From a virus (taxonomy: Duplodnaviria; Caudoviricetes): a DNA stretch of 61,159 nt. Below the pieces are notes generated by a model. The model did not search any database and had not been told where the DNA came from. It saw only the letters and a list, made by a program, of their open reading frames with translations. Within the stretch, counting starts at the first letter, position 1, and the number at the start of each line of letters is the position of its first letter. The translations under genes and the position numbers were made by a program. Positions 43,864 through 53,936 of the stretch are shown here, piece after piece. The stretch is taken from the IMG/VR virus record IMGVR_UViG_3300025652_000068, positions 1 to 61,159 of that record, one strand, 5' to 3'.

Positions 43864-46446
43864 CTATAACCCTGTAATTGATTTAAGAACATCTAACGAT
43901 ATATTTGGATCATTGGTTTTTTCTTGTTTTTGCAACTCTTTTATTTTAAGTTTATATTTTATGATTGATCTAGCTTTTGGATATCTTGCTACAAATTTTG
44001 CAATTTGGTCACCAGTGCCGTTTTCTAGTAAAACATCCATTGCATTGTTAAATTTCTGATTTAATTCAAGCCCTAATTGTTTATATTTTCTTTCAATTAT
44101 AGTTGGATCTTCCAAAAATTTTGAAATTTCAGTTAGTTTACCCGCTTCTTCAATATCTTTTTGTGTTAATCTATCTTCGGCTTTGTTGGCATTAGCAATA
44201 ATATATTTCATTTTAACTTGAATTATTTCATATCTAGAGAGAGCATCTTTTACTCTAGCTATTTTCTCATCATAATCTGTGTCGTTTTTATTTCCTCCAT
44301 AAACTGAGGCGTATAAATTAGCAATAAATGAACCACCTTTTGCTTGTCTGGCTTTATTCATCTCCGCACGATAATCCTCTAAAATATTATCTTTGTCTTC
44401 AGGATCTGCATTTGCAATAAGAAGTTCCTCGATATCTGCTCCATAATAAATATCGTTATTCATTAATTTTTGTAAATTTTGTACGTAAGAAGTGCCTTTT
44501 CCTTTCCTTTCTTTTTCAGTAAGATCTACCCCCAACATGCTTTTAATAGCTAGTTCAATACCAACACCACCGCTTATACCTTTTGCTATAGCTGTTTGAG
44601 GTCCACTTTTTAAATTTTGATTTAACGCAAAAAAATCTTGAGTCAATTCAATACCTGCATATGCGTAATCCATTTTGGTTTGCGCTTTTGTTCTAGCAGT
44701 TTTATCAATATCAAATTCTTCGTAGGAAATATCTTTGCCAAATAAATTATTAAATGGAACAAATTGACCTTTATGCTCTACAAATAAAATGCCAGTGCCT
44801 TTTTGTCTTTTACCGACAAAGTTTTGCACCCCTCTGTAAAAACTATCATTTCTAACTTGAACATTTAAAGTTTTATCAAGTAAACTTAAATCAACACCAG
44901 TTTCTTTTTCTGTTTTATTTAATAACATTTTATAATATGCTTCATCTAAAGCAAATTCCGCATCATACATTGTTTGGTATGCTTCTAATGTGCTTTTGTT
45001 TTTGTTTTGTAAGTTTCCAATTTGTGCATTTAAAATTTCTTTATCTTCTTCTAATAAATATTTATCCATGTCTTGCTCATATTCCATGTACTTTAATGCT
45101 AAGCCTTCATTTAATGCTTTTTCGCTTTCTAAAATTTCCATGGCTGAGTCTACAGCTGTGCCTCCGGCTCTTCCTAATATATCTAAAAATCCAGACAGCC
45201 CTTGTTCATAAGATCTTCCGGACAACATATCTAAGCCCATTTTTAAAATAATATAATCTAATTGTTTTTGATTACCATCGTAGCCTGACATCTCTTTAAA
45301 TTCATTTCTAAATTCTTCAAATGTTTTAATTTCTGTTTCATCAAGTCTTTCTTTCATCTGTGCTATTTTTTCTTCTGTAGCATCAAAATTTTCATCGATT
45401 GTACTTTTTATAGCATGAAAATTACTTGGAGGCATTTTTTTCATAGTATCTCTTACAGACGCTAAACTTAGACTGTTGCTATACAAAGCATTATCTATTT
45501 CAGTTTTAACTATTTCACGATCATTTTCAGGTGCTATATATTCCGTTGCTGGAGAATCATCTTTATCATCAGTAAGTTTTGCTAAACTCATATTCATAGA
45601 TTCAGCATCAGTGCCTGTTGGTCCCGCATCACCAGCAGTACCTTTTTTAAAGTCGCTCATATCCACATCGGGTATTAGATCTTGATTTACAACATTAGAT
45701 TTTACTTGTTGATCTAACGGTATCGTATCAACATTTCTATCTGCATCAATTGCAGCTTTTAAAATATCATCATCAGATTTTGGTGTTTGTGTTTTAACAG
45801 TAGCATCATCTTTTTTAACACCTTGATCGCGTAATGTAGTGTCTGGATCAAGTGTAGCTGCTAGTGTTTCACCTCCTATTATAGATGAACCTATACCAAC
45901 GACTTTAGGCACTATAGCTTTGCTCGGTCTAGTAACTTTTCCAACCATATCACCACTTTTATTAATAAAATTACCAACTCCTACAGGCAAAAATTTTGCT
46001 TTAGATGATTTTTTTAAAAAAGATGGTAAAGCTAAACTTTCTAATCCTAAATAACCTGTATTAGCTAAGGCTCTGCCAACTTGATTTTTTTCAAGCGCTT
46101 CAGGTATTTCGGCTACCTTATCAGGAGCAGTCATTCCAATAAACCCTAAGCCTAAAATATTTGCAGTAGGACTGTCGTAAGCTTCAACAACTGGAGCAAA
46201 ATCTTTTTTAAAAGATTTTCTTCCTGTGATTGCACGATAAACTTGATTAGCCGCGGGAGCTAATTTACCTAAAATACCCACTCCTGCTTTAACTTGTGCT
46301 GTACCTGGAATAAAATAAGAACCAGTTCCTACACCTCTTTTAAAAGCTGCTTGTCCTTCTGGATCTCTTAAACCAGCTAATCTTTCTTGTTCAATCGTTT
46401 GTTGAATAACTGACTTTCTTCCCATATCTGGAAAACCTTGTGCCAT
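43864..46446 (-). CDS. Internal virion (ejection) protein
   Basis: 860 aa helical protein, between the pilot-like and large ejection proteins. Confidence 0.6.
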   Translation of the reverse strand: MAQGFPDMGRKSVIQQTIEQERLAGLRDPEGQAAFKRGVGTGSYFIPGTAQVKAGVGILGKLAPAANQVYRAITGRKSFKKDFAPVVEAYDSPTANILGLGFIGMTAPDKVAEIPEALEKNQVGRALANTGYLGLESLALPSFLKKSSKAKFLPVGVGNFINKSGDMVGKVTRPSKAIVPKVVGIGSSIIGGETLAATLDPDTTLRDQGVKKDDATVKTQTPKSDDDILKAAIDADRNVDTIPLDQQVKSNVVNQDLIPDVDMSDFKKGTAGDAGPTGTDAESMNMSLAKLTDDKDDSPATEYIAPENDREIVKTEIDNALYSNSLSLASVRDTMKKMPPSNFHAIKSTIDENFDATEEKIAQMKERLDETEIKTFEEFRNEFKEMSGYDGNQKQLDYIILKMGLDMLSGRSYEQGLSGFLDILGRAGGTAVDSAMEILESEKALNEGLALKYMEYEQDMDKYLLEEDKEILNAQIGNLQNKNKSTLEAYQTMYDAEFALDEAYYKMLLNKTEKETGVDLSLLDKTLNVQVRNDSFYRGVQNFVGKRQKGTGILFVEHKGQFVPFNNLFGKDISYEEFDIDKTARTKAQTKMDYAYAGIELTQDFFALNQNLKSGPQTAIAKGISGGVGIELAIKSMLGVDLTEKERKGKGTSYVQNLQKLMNNDIYYGADIEELLIANADPEDKDNILEDYRAEMNKARQAKGGSFIANLYASVYGGNKNDTDYDEKIARVKDALSRYEIIQVKMKYIIANANKAEDRLTQKDIEEAGKLTEISKFLEDPTIIERKYKQLGLELNQKFNNAMDVLLENGTGDQIAKFVARYPKARSIIKYKLKIKELQKQEKTNDPNISLDVLKSITGL

Positions 46447-47504
46447 TACGCGCCTCCTATACCTGTGCCACCAAATATACTGTAAGCTTTACCAGCTGCA
46501 GTAGCTAAACCTGTTGCTTGAGCTAACGGATTAGTTCCAGGAGCCGTGGATGATGTTACCTGACTCGCTGCAGTTGGCAGCGCTGTCATAATACCTTTTT
46601 GGAATTCTAAACGTTGATACGGCTCATAAGCTCGTGCTATATCAGTTTGACGTTGTGCTGATAGTGCTTGTTGTGCCAAGTTTCTTTGTGATTGACCCAC
46701 AGCCATCTGTGTTTGTAAATCTTGTGCTTGCATAGCTTGTTGTTGGGCGCCAAAAGCACCTAATTGTGAGGCTACATTCATGTCAGTCTGCACACCTAAG
46801 CCTTGTTGCTGTTGTGCCGCTTGTAAAGCTTGACCATAGTTCTGTGCTTGAGCTTGACCAACAGCTCGTTGTGTCGCACCCATAAGTTCCGCTTGTTGCA
46901 CACCTTCACGACCACCACCAAACGCGCCTGATTGTACAGCTTGTGCTCCTATCTGATTACCTTGCATAGCTGATTGTCTATTAATTTCATCAATAACAAA
47001 CTGGTTATAAGGGTTTAAAAAAGCATTAACATCGGGTAATGCAGCAGCTTTGGTTTGTGCACCTAACGCGGAAGCAATGCCTTGGTTAACTGCCGCTGTG
47101 CCTGTACCAGTGCCTGTTGCCGCAGTTTGATAAGCTTGTTGTTCAAGAGCCGAGGGTCCTGCAACTTGATATTCAGGAATATTAATCGGTCTATTGGTAA
47201 CTTCAGCAGCTGTATCATATAACGCCAACTTACGCGCTTCAATTTCAGGTGCTTCTCTGCTAAAGGTTGTTTGTGTTTCAGCAGGTGTTGATCCACCGCC
47301 ACCGCCACCAAAGTATTGAATTAAATTTGTTTCATCGTTTACGGTACCACAACCACCATGAGCAATAAGTAACTTTCTTTCGTACTCATTAACATGAGCT
47401 AAATGCACATCACCGTTTTTACCGTGCTTTGCAATATCAAAATAAAGTTCTTCAAATAACTCTATTTTTTCTTTTATAGTAAGTTTTTTAATGTCTGCTC
47501 TCAT
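46446..47504 (-). CDS. DNA pilot-like ejection protein with N-terminal GD..LAH domain
   Basis: Q/A-rich body with NPY..VID and GAFGG.R motifs; start MRADIK is ATGA-coupled. Confidence 0.65.
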   Translation of the reverse strand: MRADIKKLTIKEKIELFEELYFDIAKHGKNGDVHLAHVNEYERKLLIAHGGCGTVNDETNLIQYFGGGGGGSTPAETQTTFSREAPEIEARKLALYDTAAEVTNRPINIPEYQVAGPSALEQQAYQTAATGTGTGTAAVNQGIASALGAQTKAAALPDVNAFLNPYNQFVIDEINRQSAMQGNQIGAQAVQSGAFGGGREGVQQAELMGATQRAVGQAQAQNYGQALQAAQQQQGLGVQTDMNVASQLGAFGAQQQAMQAQDLQTQMAVGQSQRNLAQQALSAQRQTDIARAYEPYQRLEFQKGIMTALPTAASQVTSSTAPGTNPLAQATGLATAAGKAYSIFGGTGIGGA

Positions 47505-47914
47505 AAGTCTTTCTCTATTTGTACATGTGTTTTCACATATCCCTTTGGTTTCATAATTTTTTCCCATCCTGGTCTTGCAAATAACTCCATTTTTTTACAA
47601 CCTTGTTCTTTAGCCCATGCTTCTAAATCTTTTACATGGTGATGCCACCTTTTCATTTGTTTGCCAGTCACGATTCGTGCATCACAAACTCTATAATTAG
47701 GGTAGCTTCTTAATTCAGTTACAACGGTTGCAAGAACTTCATCGGTTTCGTCAATAACCAACCAGAGTTGCATGGCTCCTTGTTTGCACATGTCTTTGAT
47801 GTCATTTACATCAAATGCTCCGTTTGTCTCACAAGCCAATTGGACTAAATCTTTTGCTAAAGGCCAAACTTTTTCTACTTCAAACTTTGTAAACTTAATA
47901 AATTTTGTTTGCAT
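47501..47914 (-). CDS. GNAT-like protein (virion assembly-associated)
   Basis: QLW, LEAWAK..GC and RPGW.K....GY pattern; next to pilot gene. Confidence 0.55.
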   Translation of the reverse strand: MQTKFIKFTKFEVEKVWPLAKDLVQLACETNGAFDVNDIKDMCKQGAMQLWLVIDETDEVLATVVTELRSYPNYRVCDARIVTGKQMKRWHHHVKDLEAWAKEQGCKKMELFARPGWEKIMKPKGYVKTHVQIEKDL

Positions 47915-48871
47915 TTACGAGCTTACCAGATCGTATATCCTCTTTAGTTGATCTTGTTGATTGTAAAAAAATGCAGCTCCCTTTTTACGCATATCTTTAA
48001 AGTCCTCAGGATTTGCACCTGCCATGATGCCCGCTCCTAGAATGGCATCTGCACGAGACACAAACTCACCGTCGGCAAGTTGTGCTAACATGGTATCTTC
48101 ATCTTTGTCACCAACACCAGATCCGTCTTCGACATATCCAGTTGCTCTGACATAATTATTTACATCATTTTCATCTCTTTCTATTTTACTAGGTAGATAG
48201 TTTACTCCACCTGTAGCATATTGTGCTATACCTTCAACAAAAGCCCCTTCTTTTGCAGTAAACATATTTTGTGTATTTACAAAAGTAGGAGTGCTATTCA
48301 TAAAACTTGGTGTAGTAGGTGTGTCATTAGAATAGTCATAAATTTGTCGTAAGCCACTTAAATTAGCATATTGCTTATCGTATATTTTTTTTCTCTCTTC
48401 TGGAGTTAGATTATAAGGATCTGTTGTATTTACTTGAGGTCCAGGTTTATTCATATCTGCAAGAACTTTTTGTGAACCAAAAGCAACCCCAGCACCAAAC
48501 TGTTTGCTTGGATCCGACAAATAATTACCAGCTTTAGACATCAATGATGTTGTAAAACTAGGATTTGCTGCTGCATTCACATAATTTGCTGCGCCGTATA
48601 CACCTTGACCAGCTGCAATGGGTGCTCCTGTAGGAACACTTGTTGATACACCTTTAGCTAAGAGGTCAGTTCCTCCTGATTTAATAGTTTCTGTTAAAAC
48701 TGCATCGGAAGATGCTTTACTTAAACCAGCACCTAAAGCACCTGTCGCATATGCACCGATACCTGATAAAAACCCTGATTTTAATGAATCACCAGTTGAT
48801 GCACCGGACAATTTAGCTAATGCAAAAGTTATACCACCGGCCATTAGGGCTGTTGCTAACATTGGGGCCAT
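47915..48871 (-). CDS. Internal virion protein
   Basis: Hydrophobic Gly/Ala-rich N-terminus; YATGG...D.MLAQLADGEFV..ADA domain. Confidence 0.6.
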   Translation of the reverse strand: MAPMLATALMAGGITFALAKLSGASTGDSLKSGFLSGIGAYATGALGAGLSKASSDAVLTETIKSGGTDLLAKGVSTSVPTGAPIAAGQGVYGAANYVNAAANPSFTTSLMSKAGNYLSDPSKQFGAGVAFGSQKVLADMNKPGPQVNTTDPYNLTPEERKKIYDKQYANLSGLRQIYDYSNDTPTTPSFMNSTPTFVNTQNMFTAKEGAFVEGIAQYATGGVNYLPSKIERDENDVNNYVRATGYVEDGSGVGDKDEDTMLAQLADGEFVSRADAILGAGIMAGANPEDFKDMRKKGAAFFYNQQDQLKRIYDLVSS

Positions 48872-48900
48872 TAAAATAATCTCCTAATCTTATTAAGATA

Positions 48901-48929
48901 AGTTTACCCTTATTCTTCAGTGCTATCAA
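48901..48929 (-). promoter_or_regulatory. Putative sigma70 promoter for the internal-protein operon
   Basis: TTGATA-17bp-TAAACT, SD AGGAG downstream. Confidence 0.5.
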
Positions 48930-49722
48930 CACTACTAGGCTTCATTTCGTCCCACAAACGACCTGTATATTGGAACTCACCCACATGCGTTATATAGTCC
49001 ATTATATAGCAATAGCATTTACCGCCTATATCACGCCACAGCTTACAAAAAGCAAAGTCTTCACCAAGAAAACGTTTGTTTTCTTTGTCATAATAAGTGT
49101 CAAAGAAGTTATACAGATAAGGTTTTTTCTGTAATCTGCCATCAATTAGACTCTCTTGATGTATCTCCATATCTGGATAAGATTCAATTAAAGTATCAAA
49201 CACTTCTCGTTTGATAAGCATACATCCAGTAGGTGCATGAGTAACTTCAATCACACCTTCACCCTCTACCTCTATCGCTTCACTATCTTCTAATCGCAGA
49301 GGGTAAGTATTACAATTGACATGTGCTTCGTGAGCCGTGGTCACATCACCGTGTAGTATCTTCTGAATGAGTCGGTCGAACTTAATATCTTTTAAAGGGT
49401 AGGGTACAGAAATGACGTCCTTGTCAGCCTCAAGCATACTCCATATGCTGTCCGAGGAAAACGCTATATCTGAATCAATAAAAAGCATGTGTGACATTTC
49501 GCTTTTTAAAAAAGAGGCAGTACATAAATTTCTGCCCTGTGTTACCAGTGATGATTTTATCATTTCAAACATGACTTTGATACCTTTTTCCATACAGGCT
49601 TTTTGAAACTCTAGTAAGCTTTGCGTGTAATGAATAGATACATCTGAGTGCACTGGTGTAGCTACATAGATACCTAGTTCTCTCTTTTTGTTTAACCATA
49701 AAGGTTTACTTGGATCTGGCAT
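48910..49722 (-). CDS. Glycosyltransferase (GT-A fold)
   Basis: ATP, RN, FIDSDI (DxD), TG.MLIKR.VF and GED..FC motifs. Confidence 0.75.
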   Translation of the reverse strand: MPDPSKPLWLNKKRELGIYVATPVHSDVSIHYTQSLLEFQKACMEKGIKVMFEMIKSSLVTQGRNLCTASFLKSEMSHMLFIDSDIAFSSDSIWSMLEADKDVISVPYPLKDIKFDRLIQKILHGDVTTAHEAHVNCNTYPLRLEDSEAIEVEGEGVIEVTHAPTGCMLIKREVFDTLIESYPDMEIHQESLIDGRLQKKPYLYNFFDTYYDKENKRFLGEDFAFCKLWRDIGGKCYCYIMDYITHVGEFQYTGRLWDEMKPSSVDSTEE

Positions 49723-50641
49723 TTAAAGCTCCTTCTAAAAATCTAGTCCACTCAATAGATTTTTTTGTCCAATTATAAAATCGTTTTGTGTAATCTTGTT
49801 GTAGTAAAAGATGCTCATGTATATAGTCATAGTGTAAATGACCCATACCTGTTTTTATAGCATAAGCAAAATTTTCTGCTAACTTTTTGTAATTATCAGT
49901 GTAGTTAACATAGATTGGAAATTCAGCACAAGTCTCATATAAAGCGCCATAGTTGGTAGTTACACAATATAGACCAGCAGCCATAGCTTCGAGAGCCGAG
50001 ATACATGAGGTCTCTTCCCAGATACAAGGGTAAGCAAACATGTGGTAATCTTTCATCTTATTTAAAATAAAAGTATTAGGCTGATAGCCAATATAGTTAA
50101 CGTTAGGTAATGTTCTTGCTTGATCAAATAGTCTTTCCCAGTCTGCATTATTACTTTTAGCAAATTCTTCACCATACACCTCACAGCTGCTGTAAACATC
50201 TAATATTATATTCTCATCTTGCAAGTATTGCATGGCTAATAACAATACATTTAAACCACGCCAAGGTGTTGGCTGAAAGACTAATCTAAGTGTATCACCT
50301 TGTTTGTACGGTTTTCTTTCTGGAAAACTAGTAACGCCATTTTTAATCACATGACATTTTTCAGTTGGTATATCATACATCATACGAAACTTCTCATAGT
50401 TCCAATGTGAATTAAAGACATACCAATCGTATAAACGATGATTACTTTTATCTGCAAAAAAGGGTTTGATGTTAGGTTGGTCGTAGCTGTTTTTTTGCCA
50501 TAAGATGTTAATCTTGCTTTCATCTATAGGTACTTTGCCTGGTATAGAAGTGCAGATTTGAAAGTGACTAAGTAGATACTCGTCTACTCTTGCCGTTAAA
50601 AACTCATGCTGTAATTCTGTGCCGCCTCTTGGCTCACTCAT
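49706..50641 (-). CDS. Glycosyltransferase (GT-B, GT4-like)
   Basis: GGTE, NG, RGL and ETSCISALEAMAAG (ExxxxxxxE) motifs. Confidence 0.8.
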   Translation of the reverse strand: MSEPRGGTELQHEFLTARVDEYLLSHFQICTSIPGKVPIDESKINILWQKNSYDQPNIKPFFADKSNHRLYDWYVFNSHWNYEKFRMMYDIPTEKCHVIKNGVTSFPERKPYKQGDTLRLVFQPTPWRGLNVLLLAMQYLQDENIILDVYSSCEVYGEEFAKSNNADWERLFDQARTLPNVNYIGYQPNTFILNKMKDYHMFAYPCIWEETSCISALEAMAAGLYCVTTNYGALYETCAEFPIYVNYTDNYKKLAENFAYAIKTGMGHLHYDYIHEHLLLQQDYTKRFYNWTKKSIEWTRFLEGALNARSK

Positions 50642-50825
50642 TCGTCTCCCCAAAGAGATCAAGTTTAGGAACAATAATAGTCACATCACGTTGGATATCT
50701 TCTTCTTTGGTAGAAGTACCAGCATCTGCTACATCAGCTTGTGCTACTTCTTCAGACTCGTACTCGACACCCGTCTTTTTATTAGATATCTTTGTTTGTG
50801 CTTCGCAATCAATAGTAATCGTCAT
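50634..50825 (-). CDS. Small hypothetical protein
   Basis: 63 aa within the late operon. Confidence 0.55.
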   Translation of the reverse strand: MTITIDCEAQTKISNKKTGVEYESEEVAQADVADAGTSTKEEDIQRDVTIIVPKLDLFGETNE

Positions 50826-50834
50826 GACTGTATT

Positions 50835-51176
50835 CTAACCATTTTCTTGCGATCTGTCTAATTGAGCGTATGAGATGACACCTGATATCTTAGCTGCTGT
50901 TTCTGCGGTCATTTTAAGAATATCACCTTCTTCTAATACAAGTGTGTTCGTTATAATATCAGCAGTGCTAACGGCAGCAATGTCTTGGTTGCCAAAGGTG
51001 TGTGTGGCTGACGCAGAGGTATCGGTCAGCTTTGTGGTCAAAGTGACTGCACTACTGTGTATATTGACGGCTTGTATTTGTTTAATTAACAATCTTGCAT
51101 CACTAGGGGCAGTTAATACAGAAGTTTCATCGGTATTGGCTAAAGTAAATCCTTGATTTTTGTATTGTATTGTCAT
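50835..51176 (-). CDS. Tail structural protein
   Basis: LVLEEGDIL motif; downstream of the nozzle gene. Confidence 0.55.
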   Translation of the reverse strand: MTIQYKNQGFTLANTDETSVLTAPSDARLLIKQIQAVNIHSSAVTLTTKLTDTSASATHTFGNQDIAAVSTADIITNTLVLEEGDILKMTAETAAKISGVISYAQLDRSQENG

Positions 51177-51337
51177 GAGATAAACCAGTTAAAAGTATCT
51201 TGTTCGTTTTTAAAATCTGTTTGAAACGAAAAATTAAGTTGATTCTTTAATGTATTTAAAGCTTCTAATATCTGTCTTTGATTAGATTGGTCGTAATCAG
51301 CTTTAGGTTCTGGAATAGTAACAATTATTTTAGCCAT
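51173..51337 (-). CDS. 54-aa tail-associated protein (not in ORF track)
   Basis: MAKIIVTIPEPKADYDQSNQRQILEAL...FNWFIS; coupled at both ends. Confidence 0.65.
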   Translation of the reverse strand: MAKIIVTIPEPKADYDQSNQRQILEALNTLKNQLNFSFQTDFKNEQDTFNWFIS

Positions 51338-53505
51338 TATCTTCTCCCGTCTGGTTGCACATCTGCTCTGAACGAACCAAATCGCCAGTTCTCATCTGTA
51401 GCAGTGTTTTCTATTTTTAATGATGCAAAACGACCTCTTGCTCTGGTGTCTATTTTTTTAGTTGATGAGGTTACCGTAAACGGCCCTAGTAATGAACTAG
51501 CTTCTGTTTCAGCAGGAAAGTCTTTAAGTTGTATAGTGACTGTTGCATTACCGCTTAGTATTTTAAAATCTGGTAAGAAACGTCTAATTTTAATAAAGTT
51601 TTCTCCTTGTCCACCTTGATCATCCAAAGTAAAATCACCTGATTCAATGAAGGCATCAATACTTGCAGTAGCATTACCGTTTTGGTCTGATTCATTCACA
51701 CCTTTTTCATGTTCATACAAAGTAGTAGCCCCTAATGCTGAAGTTGCCCCTTGTATCGTTGGGAAAGTAGGAGTGCCAGTAGAAGCAAATTCTGATGCTA
51801 TAGGACTGTCAAATAAATATTGGTCAATGTAAGTGGTTCGTGCTAAGGAACTGGTAGTCCATGCTCCTTCTCGATAATTTAAAGTTACACATCGATCAAT
51901 GCTAGTAGACCCCGCTTTAGCATAAAACCAGTTTATCTCAGTAAATAGAGAATTGTAATTCGCATAAACTAATTCACCAGCGTCATAGTTTAAACCTAAA
52001 TCATCACTATCTACATTAGTAAATACAAAGTCTTCCACTGAACAAGGTAATCGTTTGACCGTACCATCAAACACAAAGAAACCACCAGACTCACCCATCC
52101 AGTATACCGCACCGTCTACATACACTGCTCCGTGCTGTCCAATCAAACCACAGTTAGATCCAACTTGTTGTATGTTGAAAGTAAAAGGTGGGCCTACAAA
52201 CTGCATTGTATAAGCAGAAGTATCGGTTAATATAAAAATATAATCTTTTGCTCGTAAAGCTCCAACAATTTTGTTACCAGAGTCTAATCTAAATGTTCCT
52301 GCTGTATTAGTAGATACTGGAGCGTAGTCTGTTCGATCTTCTTGGTCACTAAAACGAATAAACATTTTATCTTGCGTTGTATTGTTACCTATTGTTGTTT
52401 CTGTACCTAAATGTATTAAATGTCTGTCTCGACCAGAGACTAATGACATAACACTTTTAGTTGGGTTTGTAGCTGAGGCTGTTCCTCGTGTACTTGTACC
52501 ACTGGTTGGATTCCATTCAAAAGTCTTACCGTCTTTGAGGGTTGCTATTAGAATTGTACCAAAATTATCTAAAGCCCAGTTAGCAGGGGTTAAAGTTACG
52601 TCAGTAGTTGCTGCTGCATTACCCCATGCAACAAAGTTAGTAGCATCAGTCACCACTGCTGCGTCATCATGTGCTGCTCTGGTTGAACCTAAAGCTGCTC
52701 TAGTAATACCTGTTAAATCATTACTAGAAATGCCTGTGTAAGTAATTAATTCTGAACCCACCAATATGTGTCCAGAGCTACTAAATCCAGAAGTAGAAGT
52801 TAATGTTACTGCTGTACCCGAACCACCTGTACCTGCGGTATTATCACCTAACGCACCATCCAAATCATTTTTAGTTAAAGATATAGTTTCACCACCCCAT
52901 TGAGCTACCCCATAACCATAAGCAGGTGTTGCTACTGCTGGTCCAGGTTTTATGTATGGGTTTACATTACAACCTGTTGCACCTGTCACACCAGCACCAG
53001 ATTCTACCTTACCCATAGTTACGGTAAATGTATCGGTTGCTCTGGTAACAATTTGAAACGTATTAGTGGTAAAATCAGCAGCAACGAAACCAGTGCCACT
53101 ACCAGGAATAGTCATATTGCTAAAAGTAAATAGATCACCTGCAGCTAAACCATGTCCTGCTTTGTTTACTGTAAGTGTTGCTGAACCATTAGTTGTTGTG
53201 TAAGTACAAGATGTAATTGCTGTATCTAATGGCGTAATATCATAGTAAGCACCACCAAAATAAATAATAATACATTTGTTTGTCGCAATGGCTAAATATT
53301 TGTTACCGTCTAGATCAGCCCAATTGTGTAAATCTCTTGCTACTCCTGGTATTGTATTAGAGGTAAGTTTTTGCCAACCACCTATTTTTTCTGGTTCGCC
53401 ATATCTAAAACGTACAAAGTCACCATCCGTCCATGTGTATTCGGCAGCTGATTGTGTCATCTGTTTATTAAACCCTGGTTTAAATGGCACTTTAACTAAC
53501 GGCAT
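51337..53505 (-). CDS. Tail nozzle / tail tubular B-like protein
   Basis: 722 aa beta-propeller-like; RFSDQE, CGLIG and WMG..GFF.FDG motifs; ends QPDGRR. Confidence 0.7.
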   Translation of the reverse strand: MPLVKVPFKPGFNKQMTQSAAEYTWTDGDFVRFRYGEPEKIGGWQKLTSNTIPGVARDLHNWADLDGNKYLAIATNKCIIIYFGGAYYDITPLDTAITSCTYTTTNGSATLTVNKAGHGLAAGDLFTFSNMTIPGSGTGFVAADFTTNTFQIVTRATDTFTVTMGKVESGAGVTGATGCNVNPYIKPGPAVATPAYGYGVAQWGGETISLTKNDLDGALGDNTAGTGGSGTAVTLTSTSGFSSSGHILVGSELITYTGISSNDLTGITRAALGSTRAAHDDAAVVTDATNFVAWGNAAATTDVTLTPANWALDNFGTILIATLKDGKTFEWNPTSGTSTRGTASATNPTKSVMSLVSGRDRHLIHLGTETTIGNNTTQDKMFIRFSDQEDRTDYAPVSTNTAGTFRLDSGNKIVGALRAKDYIFILTDTSAYTMQFVGPPFTFNIQQVGSNCGLIGQHGAVYVDGAVYWMGESGGFFVFDGTVKRLPCSVEDFVFTNVDSDDLGLNYDAGELVYANYNSLFTEINWFYAKAGSTSIDRCVTLNYREGAWTTSSLARTTYIDQYLFDSPIASEFASTGTPTFPTIQGATSALGATTLYEHEKGVNESDQNGNATASIDAFIESGDFTLDDQGGQGENFIKIRRFLPDFKILSGNATVTIQLKDFPAETEASSLLGPFTVTSSTKKIDTRARGRFASLKIENTATDENWRFGSFRADVQPDGRR

Positions 53506-53936
53506 TATCGGTATCCTCTTATAATTTTTCTTGATGGAACAATTTTATTATTTACTAAACTTGATGTAATTTCATTTATTCGTCTGCCCATAAACATAAT
53601 TGTATAGACTGGTTGTTCTGCTTTAATCATATGATATTTGTCGTGACTTAATCGATTAAACCATTTTTTATCATTTACTTGTATAAGGCTTTTAGCTGAG
53701 TCAAATACAGTTTCTTGATATTTACCCCACAATAAAAAAGATATAAAAGAACCCTCATGATTATGTGCTACTTGTTTTACTGGATATATTTTAGATATTA
53801 AAATTGTAAAAAAAGGAGTCCATACACCCCATCTTTTTAAAACTTTATTACCTGTTCTGGTTATTACATGAGTAGAACCAATACCAGAGTCTTTATAAAT
53901 CTTTTGCAAGAACTTTATCATATCCACCACTTCCAT
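53505..53936 (-). CDS. Cupin-like protein
   Basis: HNH..F.S.LL.G.Y.E motif and a later His; start codon uncertain. Confidence 0.5.
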   Translation of the reverse strand: MEVVDMIKFLQKIYKDSGIGSTHVITRTGNKVLKRWGVWTPFFTILISKIYPVKQVAHNHEGSFISFLLWGKYQETVFDSAKSLIQVNDKKWFNRLSHDKYHMIKAEQPVYTIMFMGRRINEITSSLVNNKIVPSRKIIRGYR

